Below are positions 12,414-26,009 of a DNA stretch of 64,000 nt, piece after piece. Positions within the stretch are counted from its first letter, which is position 1. Each line of letters opens with the position of its first letter. The notes beneath the pieces are model-generated. The model was not told the origin of the DNA and did no database searches. It worked only from the letters and a program-made list of their open reading frames with translations. Source of the DNA: Stylophora pistillata (lineage: Eukaryota); NCBI RefSeq assembly GCF_002571385.2, contig NW_019218343.1, positions 7,491 to 71,490 of the forward strand. The letters are read 5' to 3'. The position numbers and the translations under genes were made by a program.

Positions 12414-15400
12414 CTTCTATCCGTCGGTTGAACTAAAGAGGAAACTGGTTTTATTTAAACGTATCCATAAATTAAACCCCATCCTGTCAAAAATCCATTA
12501 GCGTAACTGAGCCATTACACGTCGCGCAAAGTCTCAACTTCGATCGATCCTACTGACATCTACGGATCGATTTTCAGACAGTTTCATATCTCTAACAGAT
12601 TTGGAGATGTCATGCATAACTTGTGATAATTGTTCTCAGGAGTGAAACATTTTTAAACTTCATCTTAAAAATGAGTACTATATATATTCACAGCTTTAAT
12701 AATGTCCTCACTCATGCTACTTTCCGGGTGGCAAATTACAGGTTCTAACATTCATTTTGAAATAAATGCATTGGCATACGTTTATATAGAATACAATTAC
12801 CTCATCTAAAAGTGCTATAATAATGAGTATATTTGTAATCACAGTCATAACTACAGTCGCATGTTAAACAGTTGGCGATTTGATTAACTGAATTTTTCAA
12901 AGAAAAGCGACGGTGAACCGGCCTAAATTTTGAACGGTGACGAAACTCGAAATGTCTCCTTGAAATCTACCTGAGTTTCGAATTAAATATTCTTGACTGT
13001 ATAATATATTTATACGTGGGGCATACTTTTTCAAAGAGCTTTATGAATGTGACTCACGGAAATCCGGCATGTTGGTAACTTTAGGACTATCTGACGGTGA
13101 TAAAAATAAAGTAAGAAAAAAAACAAATAAAAAACTATAAGCTTTCCTGAATCGTCAGCCTTTCCCCTCGAAGGTCCTTAAATGAATTGTCTTAGAGCAT
13201 GTTATCACATAGATCAAAAGCTATCTACGAAAAACTGCCTTACAGCTATTTACAAAAGCTGAACCAGACGAAAATTTAATTGCCTTATGTTGTGAATCCA
13301 CAGCTCACCTGCTCGCGTTTCCATTTAGAGCTGTTGCATAACTTTATCAGCTCTTTTATGCCAGTAACCTGTGCATCAATGGGTCTACACTGGCTATTTT
13401 TTTGCATTATTATGCTAATCAATATATCCTAAGGCTAGTATAGTTTGACTTGTTCGTGATATTTCGCCGAGCAAGTACAAGGAAAAGGTACTCCTAAGAT
13501 ATCTGTTTGCATGTCGTGCTTTAAAACACATGCTTATTAACAAGCTCCAATGCAGTGTTTAGGTCTAAAGCTTCTAAACGGTTTGGCTTTTGAAAAAAAA
13601 AGATAATTATGGAAATATTAGATGATAAGGAATAAGAACAACGACAATGTTTGTGAACGCATCCTTGAACCAAGAGAATATTTGGCTCGTAATCACCTTC
13701 ATATTCGTATTCCGACGTTTCACTTATGAAAATTCTGCGTCATTTCGCAGTCTGGTGTCAATATAATTCTTACTCTATTGTGTGAACTGAAAATACAGCC
13801 ATTAACGTGCTGGTTTCTCGTTAATATTGTGAGTTCATGTTCAGAGGAACAGAATCCGGTTTATCTTGAATATTTCAATACGGTACTATTACGATTCTTT
13901 ATTTAAACACTCAATTTCCTCGAGCAATAACTCGTTTAAAATGCGAGGACGTGTAAGCAACACAGATTAATCAAATGAATTACAAAAATGACTTAAAACG
14001 AAATATAAGAAACCATTAATCATAAGGAAAAATGAAATGAAATAATGATTCTAAAGAATAGCTTTCATAAGCTTTCAAAACATCACACAAAAAACTCGAA
14101 ATTTTTAGGGAAACCACAAACATATCCGTCTTTTTGATGATGAAAAAGAGTTTTAATCTTTCAGTGGATTCAGTAAAAATTCTACCGAACGACAACACAT
14201 CTTGAAGGAATGGAAACCCACGCCCCAGTAGACTTTTAACCCACATGCAAGTTAAAAACGTGCTGTTTTAATGGATCGGTGATATCATGATCACTGATAT
14301 TTTGTAGCATTTCCTGTGGGAGGCAAGCTATATAATGATAAAGATAGTTTGATAATGACCTCCAAGCACTTGTTGACGTAGTTCAATGACTCAGCTTTCC
14401 GACGCTTAATAATAAGGCACAGAATATCATATCTTGCAAACTCTGACAACCAGGACAAACTGATATGAAGTTATGTCTTGGCAGCTTTTAGGTATCACGT
14501 AGGTAAATTTTCACTTCGAAAAAAACATACTTTCACGAGACTGGAGAAGGTTGGTTTTTTTTTACATAATGATCAAGGTCTAATCTAATTTTAAAGGTAA
14601 ATGTTTATTACCGGATTGGTAATCAGAAGAACTGAAGGCGTAAAACCTATTTCACTGTGGATATTTGATAGCGATGAGGAAAAAAAAAAACTAGATCAAG
14701 CTGCCGACCACTAAGGAAATGGGTTTTAAGTAACAAAGATGTATTTTACGATAAAAACAGTGCACCACGGTATCAAATTAAAATCGATAATTTCAAGGAA
14801 GAGTCTGATTAGTTTCCTAAGAGCAAACTCTTTTGACCTTCGATGGAAGCGCAATATAAACTTTCTTGTAATTTTCCCTTTGATAAAGTGTTTCGTCGTC
14901 AAAGAACCGACAGAGGTTAAAAAAATTGTCGAAGGACTGATAAGCCTGACTTATGCCATACACGTACGCTAAGTTCTCAGGGGTATGTGCTTCCTTCGCT
15001 GAAGTCAAATTACTTATCGTCATGCACGCAGCAGATCATCTGTGTATTGAAAAAATATTTAATAGAAATAACCATTCTTTAATTCTACTTATCAACACAT
15101 TCAACGCACACATGATCGCTAGAGAAAACCGATAAGCGGAACAAGTAAGATCATTCACGTCAATTCCATATTTACATTTTTAAAATTGTCTTTACCTTCT
15201 TTTCAGAATGACCTACTTTAAAATGAACCACGGCGTGATTTCTTGGAATAACCACGCTATTCACGGCCGCTGGCTTTGTTCATTGCGTTAAGTCACTTTG
15301 AATTACCAAATGTTTAAAAGCTGATCACGCCACGCAATTAAAAGTTTAAGGAATGTTTACAAGCCATATTTCTTGATTGGCGTGATTCGGGATTTGTTGG

Positions 15401-16440
15401 CAATCAGCCATTACGATTGAGGTTTCGCGGAGAGTTCGACTTGAACGATATTGTTTCAGAGAAACATTCAACCCTAGGATTTATTAAAAAGGAAATGCTC
15501 CACACACTATGAATACGTTTTCAAGTGAAATGGTCATGAGAAGTAAGGTAAACACCAGTTGAGGGTTTTTGTTTGATCAAAAAATTATCAGTCGAGAGCT
15601 GAAATCACAAGAAATTATTGCAGACATTACAGGGAAATTTTATATAGATGCTGCGTGTACAAGGGTTAAGGAAACCATTATATTCAATCTCTTATATTTA
15701 ATTCGTCGTGATAATAGTATTAAAAATAAGAAGCTTGAGGTAAAATCAGTAAGGAACGAGGATGGTTAAGCAGACTGGCATGGACCGGTAGCTTAGAAAT
15801 GTTTGAGTGAAGTTGGGTAAGATTTACAAACTTTGGTTTATTCATTTTGTTTGGAGATTCATAAAAATTTCCGAGATTAGATTGTTGATTATTGCAATTT
15901 ATGCAATAACTGACAACTTATAAAACTGTGGTTAATGTTGTACTGATACTTTTCTGTGTCTCTGGACGAATCTTGTTCACGAGCGTAAAAAGTCGTTTTT
16001 CTTTCGCAGCACTCGATGTTGTATTTTCATTTGCCGCCATGGATACACTTCTTGATGTTTCCCATCTTTGCCTTTTTGTTTCTAAGGCGGCTCTGATCTC
16101 TTTACTTCGCACAACATGAAACAGGAAGATGAACAAGCCCTGCCAATGGTAGATAAAAAGAAATTTCTGAGGCCAGAAACGCATGCACCTGTTTGTTGCT
16201 TAACCTTAAGGATCGTTGAACCCTGGTAAGGTTATTGTACCTTGCTCATCAGTGTCTTCACCCGTCTCTCTGAACTTTAGACTGAAATGGATAATTTTGG
16301 GGTTACTTGCGATGGACTAGGCTCTAGTCGCTTTAGGCTGAGGAAAACATGATATCAAATACAGTGGCGTGGGGCACTTACCTCCTAAAGTGTAAATTAA
16401 GTTGAAAGTGAATATTTTCATTCATCCAGGTTCAATTCAA

Positions 16441-17046
16441 ATGAGAAATTTTTAAATCTTTTTCTGGAATTTTGGTCCTAATTATTAACAGACATTTCGA
16501 CTGAAACTATCAGTCTTCGGCAGTATAGTTTGACAACAGTTGGTCAGGGTTAAAGACACACAGCCGCTTGAGAAAAGCTCCAATCTGGTGTATGTTATTA
16601 CCCGTGGTGGGGAGGGCTGCACCGAAACCCATGTGGGAGAGACTCTTCAGTCCATCAGAGCCAGGCTGAAACAACGTCAATGGCCGAACTCCAATCCTGT
16701 TCAAAATTCAGCAGTTTATTGTAAACTGAAGGACACGGGACACGTGTTGGATCTGAAGGGAGTCAAGATCCTAGATAAAGAACGAGATTGGCGAAGGAGG
16801 GAGATAAAAGAAGCGATATGGGAAAGGGTGGAGGACCGAACCCGGGACAGAATGGGGGGGGGGGGGGTCTCCGGTTCTCTCTGTCTCCCACTTGTGATCG
16901 GGCCCTCGTCTCCGTTCCCCGACCTTTGTCGCGTGATAGTGATCTACCACGTGACAAACTACACTTATGAAGACTGATGGTTTCAGTCGAAACGTCTGTT
17001 AATAATTAAGACGAAAATTCCAGAAAAAGAGTTAAAAATTCCTCAT
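16441..17046 (+). mobile_element. Degenerate Penelope-like fragment flanked by ~95-bp inverted pLTR ends, each with a decayed hammerhead, in the last intron of aGPCR B
   Basis: ORF 16540-16977 resembles GIY-YIG (NLVYVI...HVGET.Q....RL.Q...SAVY...TGH...ILDKE..W..R.IKEAI). 16441-16535 is the reverse complement of about 16953-17046. Helix II GACTGA/TCAGTC is followed by GAAAC-GTC (GAAAT-GTC in the left copy). Confidence 0.8.
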
Positions 17047-17576
17047 GTATATTTAGTTATGATGCACTGTTACTCCTACCAAAAAGACGTCATTTCTTAA
17101 CACTAAAATAAAAATGGTTACCTCCTAATCCTTCAGGAAACCTCTAAAAAAGGTGATATCGAAGATACCCGTGACTGACACATCTCAGCCATAATCTTGC
17201 CTATCGATAAATTGACTGAAGCATTTACAATTTATAAGTCTTGATAACAGTGCATTGTACATGCTCAGCATTAAACTCACTTGTAAAGAGTTAAAAATAG
17301 TAAACAAATATTGGAAGACCAGCCCAGCGTCTGTGACGGTCAGAATCCCAAAAATCCAAGTGAGGCCAAGTAATGGGAAAAGAACTACACAGGCCATTAG
17401 ACTTTTCCTGAAAGCAACACAAAGATCAAGCTGTATCGATAAAAATGTAACAACAACAGAAACAAATAACTGACACCAATAATCTGGCAATTATATTATA
17501 AGTTGAATGATACACGCATTTTCATTGGTTCTTTCTTATGATCTATTAAACGAAAAACAACACTTTCAACGCATTC

Positions 17577-17785
17577 GGAGGTAGCGTGGCTGCGTGGTGA
17601 GTGTGTCGGACTCGCAATCTACCGCTCCCGGGTTCGAGTCTCGCCCCGACCACCACCTGAATTTGTTTCACGGGTAGCTCCGAGTTCAAATTCTCGGCCA
17701 CGTTTGTAAATAGCCAACTCGTTGCCTCCGGCCAGTTGGATTCTCAACAATGTTATGTTCAATTTGAATTATTTGTTTCAGATGT
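17577..17785 (+). mobile_element. tRNA-derived SINE, family 2
   Basis: GGAGGTAGCGTGGC.GCGTGGT A box and GGTTCGAGTCT B box. The body resembles the reverse complement of 7440-7653. Confidence 0.7.
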
Positions 17786-19574
17786 TTTTCAGAGGGCCAC
17801 TAGGGAGAATAGTATTCAAAATAATTGGTGTCACCCTATTAAAATTAAGGTTATTTCTAATAATTTTTTTATTTTTTTTGTCAAATAAAACAAGAAGCTA
17901 AAATGTGGTCGTGGGTCTATCAATTAACAGATTGTCACAAAAATGTGGTATAACCAACTGTGACACACTCGGCTGCGCGCATGCGCTCCGTGTGCCACTT
18001 ATTTATTCTTACCACATTTTGACGTCATCTGTGAGCTATTGATGGACAGACGCACGGCAACATGAAACATATTTCTCAAGTCGAGAAGCCCAGCACCGAA
18101 AGGTAACAAAGTAAATTTCAAAAGAAATAAGCCACATCTTGTAAAACAAATAGCTTATAAAACGATTTGATTGTTTACTGATGTCAACTTAAAGAGACCA
18201 CTGAAAACTTATAATAAAAGAAACAAAGCGCAAATGTAAATATATGCTTCAGCCAACACACACATACACACTAAAACTTGAGTGTACGGTGCGGATTCCA
18301 CGCAAAACTCTGCTACCCCATCTAAAGCGAGTTGTACCTGCATGAATGAGTCTCTGCGGCCCCAGATACATCTTTCAGCCTCGTTATCTCCACTATGATA
18401 CGTATGAGGAGGACTAAGTTTACCTTGAAAACAAGTGCATTTCAAAGAAAGATAATGTAAATTTCCTATTTACTACTACTGATTCGCTCATCCATTTATT
18501 ACTAGTTTCGAGTGTAAACCCTTCCTCAGAGTTCTGATGAGGGGCTGACGTTTCAAACGTCAGTTTTCGGTGGCCAATCCACTTTATAACTAAGTTGATG
18601 AAATCGAATTTTCTGCAATATCCCCCACTGACGCAGCACCAGAGTTTCTCTAAAAACTTACCCCTTTTATTCTATTGTAGAAAATAACATGTTATGGAAG
18701 CTACCAAACACCGGATTCCACTTCTGACTGCAGGTTTTTTAACCTGTTAGTAAAACCCTAGTTTGTTACTATTCAAAGGCCCATCACAGCGTTCATCAAT
18801 TAAATGTGACGATCAGATCAGATTTAACCCTATACTTTTTACAAAGGATAACTGATGAATTTTTTACTCACCAAACATGCAAAAAGTACGGATCCAACAA
18901 AAGCCCAATTAAAACCAGAAGAGAACGAAAACCAACAGCTGCAAAAATAAATGAGGACTCGATTGAATCTAAAATCACTTCGATCTTTCACCTTCCCAAA
19001 AAAAGTTATGAGAAGCTCCTTCTATCTCAGTTGACGAACGATTGACATTTATGCACAATATCATGCGAGTGCGTGAGAATCGGTGACCTGTTCTCTAGTG
19101 TGTGAAATCCCAATCAGACGCTCCAGATTCGAACTCTGGTCGAGTTATTTTGTTGTGACCTTAGGCATGATACAGGGCCTCTCTCCCTCCAGGGCCCAGT
19201 TTTTCGAAAGCCGATTAGCGCTGACCAAATGTTCAATTCTAATCCAGGTTTCTATATTTCTCTGTTCAAAAGGCCGTTTTGGGTTAGTTTTACCGTACAA
19301 ATGGAATTAAACAGAATTTACTCTCAAAGCTTTCAGAGCTGAAGTCAGATTCCTCACTTACCCAGGGTTACCTTAACCCACCTTTGCCGTGTTAACCCGA
19401 CCCAGGGGTATCAGTGGTATTCACACGCCTAATCCCTTCATGCTATTCAGCGAAACTAACTTCTAAGCACTGGCACTATCAAGAGTCATGAAACAGGCAC
19501 AATAAGTTAACCTTATAATTTGGATATATCAACAAAGTTGAAGTGGTAAATTGGCCATCGTGACGATTACAAAA

Positions 19575-19608
19575 GCTGACGTTTCGAGCGTTAGCCCTTC
19601 GTCGGAGC
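19575..19608 (-). ncRNA. Hammerhead-like motif with a CCGACGA core in a short dispersed repeat (related copies at about 6100-6240, 6284-6370 and 18533-18670)
   Basis: The reverse complement reads GCU-CCGACGA-AGGGC-UAAC-GCUC-GAAAC-GUC-AGC. The copies share the downstream sequence GGTGGCCAATTTAC...TCAAC....GTTGA. Confidence 0.55.
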
Positions 19609-20837
19609 GAATAGAGGAATTGTGGGTTGTGTGTGCTTTTAAAGGCAGAAAATGGAGCTACGTTATTGGTGGGAACATAGCAACGAGAAAAACACGAATA
19701 AATTAGTGGAATGAAAAGCGTTCGTTGATCCCTGTCGGATTTAGACTGCCGGTTTGAAAGATGACCTTAACCTTACCCACGCTTGTGATAGTAAGTATTG
19801 CAAAAGAATACTTGAACACAGAAACAGCTACACCAAAGACGACATCAACAGGTTGACCAGGCTGAAAAGTGACCGTTTTGTACTACTCACACGTCATCAC
19901 GCATACTGTTGTCAATGCTCCCTTCGATGATGACAGTTATACCAAATGTACTCGCTACCACCATCGTTGAAATGCCTTAGTAAAAAATAGAATAAAAAAA
20001 AAAGCGATACAGCCTGGTGTTTGTTTTAGGCTAAATCCTACTGGTATCTAAATTGAGGTAACGTCTGAACAGAAGTGTCCCAGAAGAGAGGTTTGAATGC
20101 AATAAGACGAGGAGCGAATCAGGTTGATTTGATTTAATTTGTAATTTGGTCATCTTTAGTGGTTTAACTGATTTTAGAGGATAAGAAACCATCCAATCTA
20201 ATTCTCCAAAAGAGATAATTATAACGATGTCTCATCAGTAATAAAATGAGATTCTTTATACCCTAAGTGAGGGCATAAAAGGTCATTGTACTTGTGGTAA
20301 CATTACTGTTTAAGACTGATTTCAGAGGACAACAAATCATCCAATTTTATTCTTTGAAAGAGTTCATTAGAATGAAGTCTAGTCTGTTACAGAATGAGAT
20401 CCTTTTTACCCCAAGCGAGGGCATAGAAGAACTTTGTACTTGTGTCCACATTGAAGACCTTAACAACTTTTAAATAGAGCATCACTCCTTCAAGAACCAT
20501 CCATGCAAAAGCAACCAGATAGAAGTAATTTATTGTTATAGCGACAATGGCACACAACGTCTAGAGGAAAAAGGAAGAATATCAGAGTCAGTGTAGAGCA
20601 TATCACATCAAAAACAAAAAAAAAAAAACACGAAGAACCACCTATAACCGGGTGTGACCAAGCCGCTAGATTCCGTTTTGCATATGATTATAATAACGCC
20701 TTTAATAAAGCCCTGAGAATGGCAAGACTCTTTTTGCAGTAAATGGTTTGAACCCGGGGGTAACATGGGAAGGTGTAGGGTGTAGTCTGATCGTGCGGGT
20801 GAGTGTAGTCCTGAGAAGGACTGTTGTCGGTGGTAGT

Positions 20838-20880
20838 GACTGACGTTTCGACAACCTGTGCGGAAGTCATCATCAGAGTC
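20838..20880 (-). ncRNA. Minimal type I hammerhead ribozyme (inverted pLTR copy; sense to the aGPCR B pre-mRNA)
   Basis: The reverse complement reads GACU-CUGAUGA-UGACUUCCGCACAGGUUGUC-GAAAC-GUC-AGUC. Confidence 0.8.
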
Positions 20881-22632
20881 AAGTGAATGATTGTTGTCAG
20901 TAGAATGTTCTTATTCCAGTTCGTGTGAAATGATCGGTTGGTTTTGCCGTGATGTTATTGGCTGTAAGACTCAAGTGACGTAAGTCGGTCGTGATTGGTC
21001 TGTTTCGATCTGTCGGTAAAGTTAGGTCGTTCTTTTTCGGTCGTTTGTGATGTTTATGTCGTGAATGAGTCGTTTGTATGGAGCGGGTAGTTGTTGACAT
21101 CTGTTTAGGGGAGTCTGTTCTAAGTTAGTAAACCAGCTTTCCAGAGTCAGTCGTTGAAAATAGTCAGTGCTGTAGGTTAGGCATTGCGCAGAGTCCCAGT
21201 CAATGTTGTGGTTGGTAAGTCGATGGTGTTCAGCAATGTGATTGCTGACATCACCTTTCCTCGTCGCCCGTCTGTGTTCAGTCAGTCTTGTTGTGAGGTT
21301 TCTGCCAGTCTCACCGATGTAGGAGGCTTGGCAGTCGGAACAATTGATCTTATAAATCGTTCCCTGTCTGTTCCTCGGTTCGTCTTTGTCTTTAACGTTG
21401 GTTAGTAACTGACGTAGTGTGGTGATGGGTTTGTGGGCGACGCGGATATTGAAGGGTTACTAACCAACGTTGAAGACAAAGACGAACCGAGGAACAGACA
21501 GGGAACGATTTATAAGATCAATTGTTCCGACTGCCAAGCCTCCTACATCGGTGAGACTGGCAGAAACCTCACAACAAGACTGACTGAACACAGACGGGCG
21601 ACGAGGAAAGGTGATGTCAGCAATCACATTGCTGAACACCATCGACTTACCAACCACAACATTGACTGGGACTCTGCGCAATGCCTAACCTACAGCACTG
21701 ACTATTTTCAACGACTGACTCTGGAAAGCTGGTTTACTAACTTAGAACAGACTCCCCTAAACAGATGTCAACAACTACCCGCTCCATACAAACGACTCAT
21801 TCACGACATAAACATCACAAACGACCGAAAAAGAACGACCTAACTTTACCGACACGACTCGACAGACAGCTTATCCGACGAGAACAAATACCTTCACCGT
21901 GTTTTTACGAAGAACAACTACAACAACGACTTCATCCGACGAAACACTCACCGACCCACTACCACTACCGAAACAAACGACACCGCAACCCCTACGACTA
22001 CAGCAACCATACCGTACATAAAAGGCATGTCTGAAAACATCTCGCGCATCTTACTACCCTTCAATATCCGCGTCGCCCACAAACCCATCACCACACTACG
22101 TCAGTTACTAACCAACGTTAAAGACAAAGACGAACCGAGGAACAGACAGGGAACGATTTATAAGATCAATTGTTCCGACTGCCAAGCCTCCTACATCGGT
22201 GAGACTGGCAGAAACCTCACAACAAGACTGACTGAACACAGACGGGCGACGAGGAAAGGTGATGTCAGCAATCACATTGCTGAACACCATCGACTTACCA
22301 ACCACAACATTGACTGGGACTCTGCGCAATGCCTAACCTACAGCACTGACTATTTTCAACGACTGACTCTGGAAAGCTGGTTTACTAACTTAGAACAGAC
22401 TCCCCTAAACAGATGTCAACAACTACCCGCTCCATACAAACGACTCATTCACGACATAAACATCACAAACGACCGAAAAAGAACGACCTAACTTTACCGA
22501 CAGATCGAAACAGACCAATCACGACCGACTTACGTCACTTGAGTCTTACAGCCAATAACATCACGGCAAAACCAACCGATCATTTCACACGAACTGGAAT
22601 AAGAACATTCTACTGACAACAATCATTCACTT

Positions 22633-22675
22633 GATTCTGATGATGACTTCCGCACAGGTTGTCGAAACGTCAGTC
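22633..22675 (+). ncRNA. Minimal type I hammerhead ribozyme in a Penelope pLTR
   Basis: GAUU-CUGAUGA-[helix II GAC...GUC]-GAAAC-GUC-AGUC. The core is canonical, helix I pairs, and helix III is a minimal palindrome (ACGU). Confidence 0.8.
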
Positions 22676-25600
22676 ACCACCACCGACAACAGTCCTTCTC
22701 AGGACTACACTCACCCGGACGATCAGACTACACCTTCACAAGACTCTTTTTGTTGACTATCATTTTGTTTTCTGTTTTGTTTCTGTCAATATCATCCTTG
22801 ATTGAAGATACTTGCCAGAGAAATTCTTTCTTTACCTACCTTTGTTTGAGTGGCTTTGATACCAGTCATAAAAACTAACTGGGCGATAACCAGGCATGTC
22901 CCCAAATTCAACCGGATATGGGACTGAGACGACTCCAGGTTCCTTGGAAATAAGCATAATCACTGTATGTCAACATTATTGGATTTTGCATTATACAACA
23001 ACGAGAAAAAAAAAAATAAATAAAAGAAGAAAAAAAAAAACTAAATAGCAGAATTCGAAACAGTGTTGATAAGTCAACTAGCTTTAAAAGTAGAGAAGTA
23101 GAAAGTTGAAAAACATCATAACGCACATATGTACTGGAAGCTATTTACACTTACAGTAAAATCAAGTAGGCCAATATGGTGATTATCTCGCCGACCAAAG
23201 ACAGAGAAAGTCCAATGTAGGTTACCAACGTGAGTGAAAATTTGTGATCGTCCGAAATCTTAATAAACGAAAGAAATGATAAGCTCCTAGACTTTGTTGA
23301 GTCAAAGGTAGGCATGCTTTACAGGAGTCCAAAACTTCTTAACCATTTAACTCCTACGTGATTAACACTAAAAAATTCTCTCTATAATAGCCATTAATTA
23401 TCCAGCAAAAATTCGATGAGAATACTCAAACTTATCAGGCAGACGTTGTTATTTTGACCTCACATTGAATTCTTCAAACCAACTTACAATAAAATGTGCA
23501 GCGGCTTGTGGCGTGACACGCGTGACTGTAGTCATGCGATCGAGAAAGTCATATCATCCGTCGTGCCATGCGGCACTGGCCACTCCTGTGACTCGAAAAA
23601 CCCGAACTCGTCATTAAAAGTCTTGTTGCAGTTTTAACCCATAGTTCTGTGGTTTTATCGTCGTCACAACTCAACACGGCTAAAGGAGAGTTTTCGATTA
23701 GATCTTGGGAATTAAAGGATTAAATATGAACCAAGCGAACGCACTTTGCGATTTTGTTTGACTAATTATTGTTGTTGTCCTTGTCATTGCTATGTTCGAT
23801 AATACAAAATATACCCTCCGCGTTCCTTTAAGAAGTCCAGTTAACCATAAGCTGAAAAAAAGTTGACAAAAGAAAATCGAAAAGCCAAACCTTTGTCTCA
23901 CCCACTTCCAGTTAGACAGCAAAATTTGTCAGATGATTACAGCTGCATGTGGTGCGCTCTTTGGTTTCCTGGACCAATTTAGAACCCTTTTGGGACCACG
24001 CACCGTCAAACTTTGTGCTAAAGAATAATGATGATATCAATGATATCAATGATTGGCAGTAATAGTATTGACAATAATTATAGTAACAAATGGATCCCAT
24101 GTTGCCATGCGTGTGTTTAATAATACATCACAGATGACGTCAAAATGTGGCAAGGCCAATCGTCGTTAGTGATGATGGTGATGATAATGATGATAATGAT
24201 GATAATGATGAAATTTTTGACTGGTTGATTTTTTGTTTCTACTGCGTTGGCTGGTTGTTGGTTGACAGATCTATCTATCTATCGATCTATCTATGTATCT
24301 ATCTAGCTTTAATCGATTTAAATTCCTTTTTTCTGAAGAAGCCTTTTCTTGTTGGCGTTGCAATTGCCATTACTAAATCTTTTTTCTCTACAACGCGCCT
24401 TGGTAGAGTAGCAAACGGTGAGTAAAGCTCGTCATCTAAAGTAAGCATTCTTACCTAATCGAAAAATTCCAAAATACACAGCTTGTCTGTGTGGCTGTTA
24501 AGTTATCCTGAGAAAAAATTCGCATATAAAACACTTTGTCTTATCTATTGGTATACTGACATCAAATATTAAACAATGCTGCAAGATAACTCACTTTATT
24601 GCAAGAAAATTCTTCCAACTTTTACCTTTGTGTTAGTAAGCTTAATTACGACGTCTTCTTCAAAGCTGCCTTGAACCTCTGGTTTTACTGTACACGATAT
24701 GATCCGAGTACGTATGGTGGACTCCTTGCTAAGTGAATGAAAAAGAAGTTTCTCCCATTGACAAATACGTTTGATCCATTTATAAGAAACTGCATATCTT
24801 ATCAGTCACGTTTTGGAACAGAAAACAGAAAAATGCAATAGACGTGCTGATACACTCGTACAAACCTGTTATCGACGTTATTTGCTCCCTCAGGCATTAA
24901 ATCAGCGACGTTTTTGTACAAAATACAGACCACGTATCGCTCTAAAAGAGAAATACAATTGTCATAGTCTAAGTTAAAATATTTATGGATGCAATGCTTA
25001 AGACAAAAAATACACACCGTAAAGTGTGAGTGAAGCCGTCATCACAGAGTTTGGTTGAGATATATAATCTAGAGCTAGGTTAGGGTGCGTGTGCTTATTA
25101 AGGGAATAACTTAGAGGAACCGGAAGTTGCCGTAATGTAATTGTACACTGTATCAAAAACAATGTTTCAAACATGTTAGGCTCAGTGAAAAATAAAAAGA
25201 TATAGGCAGCCAATCGCAAAATAAATCAGGATATGCTTTATTTTTGTACATTTACAGTACTGTAACGAATATGTAAATCCAGGATAATTTCATAATACCT
25301 TGATCAAACATGCTAGAAGAAAGTGTAATAGCTCCCTCTTCTTCTCGAATAAAGCTCTCGTTAAAAGTATTTGCTTGGGACGGGAAAATGACACCACTCT
25401 TGTGATCAGTAGGAACTCTCATCAATGACATACCTTTATTAAGTACAGCAAACAAAGAAACAGATGGACAACAAAGGTGAGAGAAATCAAACCATTTTAG
25501 GGCCTCGGTTGTGATCTTGCCAGAAAGGTGATGGTAGCCCGTCAACTATGCCCGGTAAACAAACGAACATGAAACCAAGACCATTGTTGTCCGAAATGAT

Positions 25601-26009
25601 TGAGCTAAAGCCTACTTCCTCTTGTAAATAATAATATAAAAAACAAACAAGTAAAAAAAAGAAACAAACAGAAATATTAATTATAATGAGCAAAATAGCA
25701 AAGGAAAGAGTGATACCTAATTCTTTCCGTTCAATTGAAATTTCTGCCTCAGAACCATTCCGCGACGTCAAATGAAGGCTAGCATAATTCAGTGCCAAGG
25801 ATTCCAGTTTCTCAAAGCTAACAAGAATATTGACTTTGTTGTCTGAAGTGCTTGCCTTTCTAACAAGCTTAGAAGTGAGATTTATAGCATTCTGAAAGAA
25901 ATAAGACAGGAAAAGTAGAAGTTGACCGTAAAAAGGTCATTTATAAGTTATTTGCTTATTTCTGATTAATTTTTATGAGTAAAATATCTAAATATTAAAT
26001 CTACAAACT

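Larger units (their letters stand above)
20737..22738 (+). mobile_element. Penelope-like retroelement (5'-truncated, GIY-YIG endonuclease region) with inverted and tandem pseudo-LTR copies, in an intron of aGPCR B
   Basis: ORF 22027-22491 (GTIYKINCSDC...SYIGETGR.L..RL.EH) is a GIY-YIG domain. The minus-strand arm 20779-21457 mirrors 22056-22734, and a direct copy 21457-21854 repeats 22106-22502. A 14-bp target-site duplication CAAGACTCTTTTTG lies at 20723-20736 and 22739-22752. Confidence 0.92.

Noticed and set aside
19777-19861. 85-nt AG/GT-bounded segment next to the 85-nt TM4 exon (mutually exclusive exon?)
   Set aside because: It has a stop in the required phase and no similarity to TM4.
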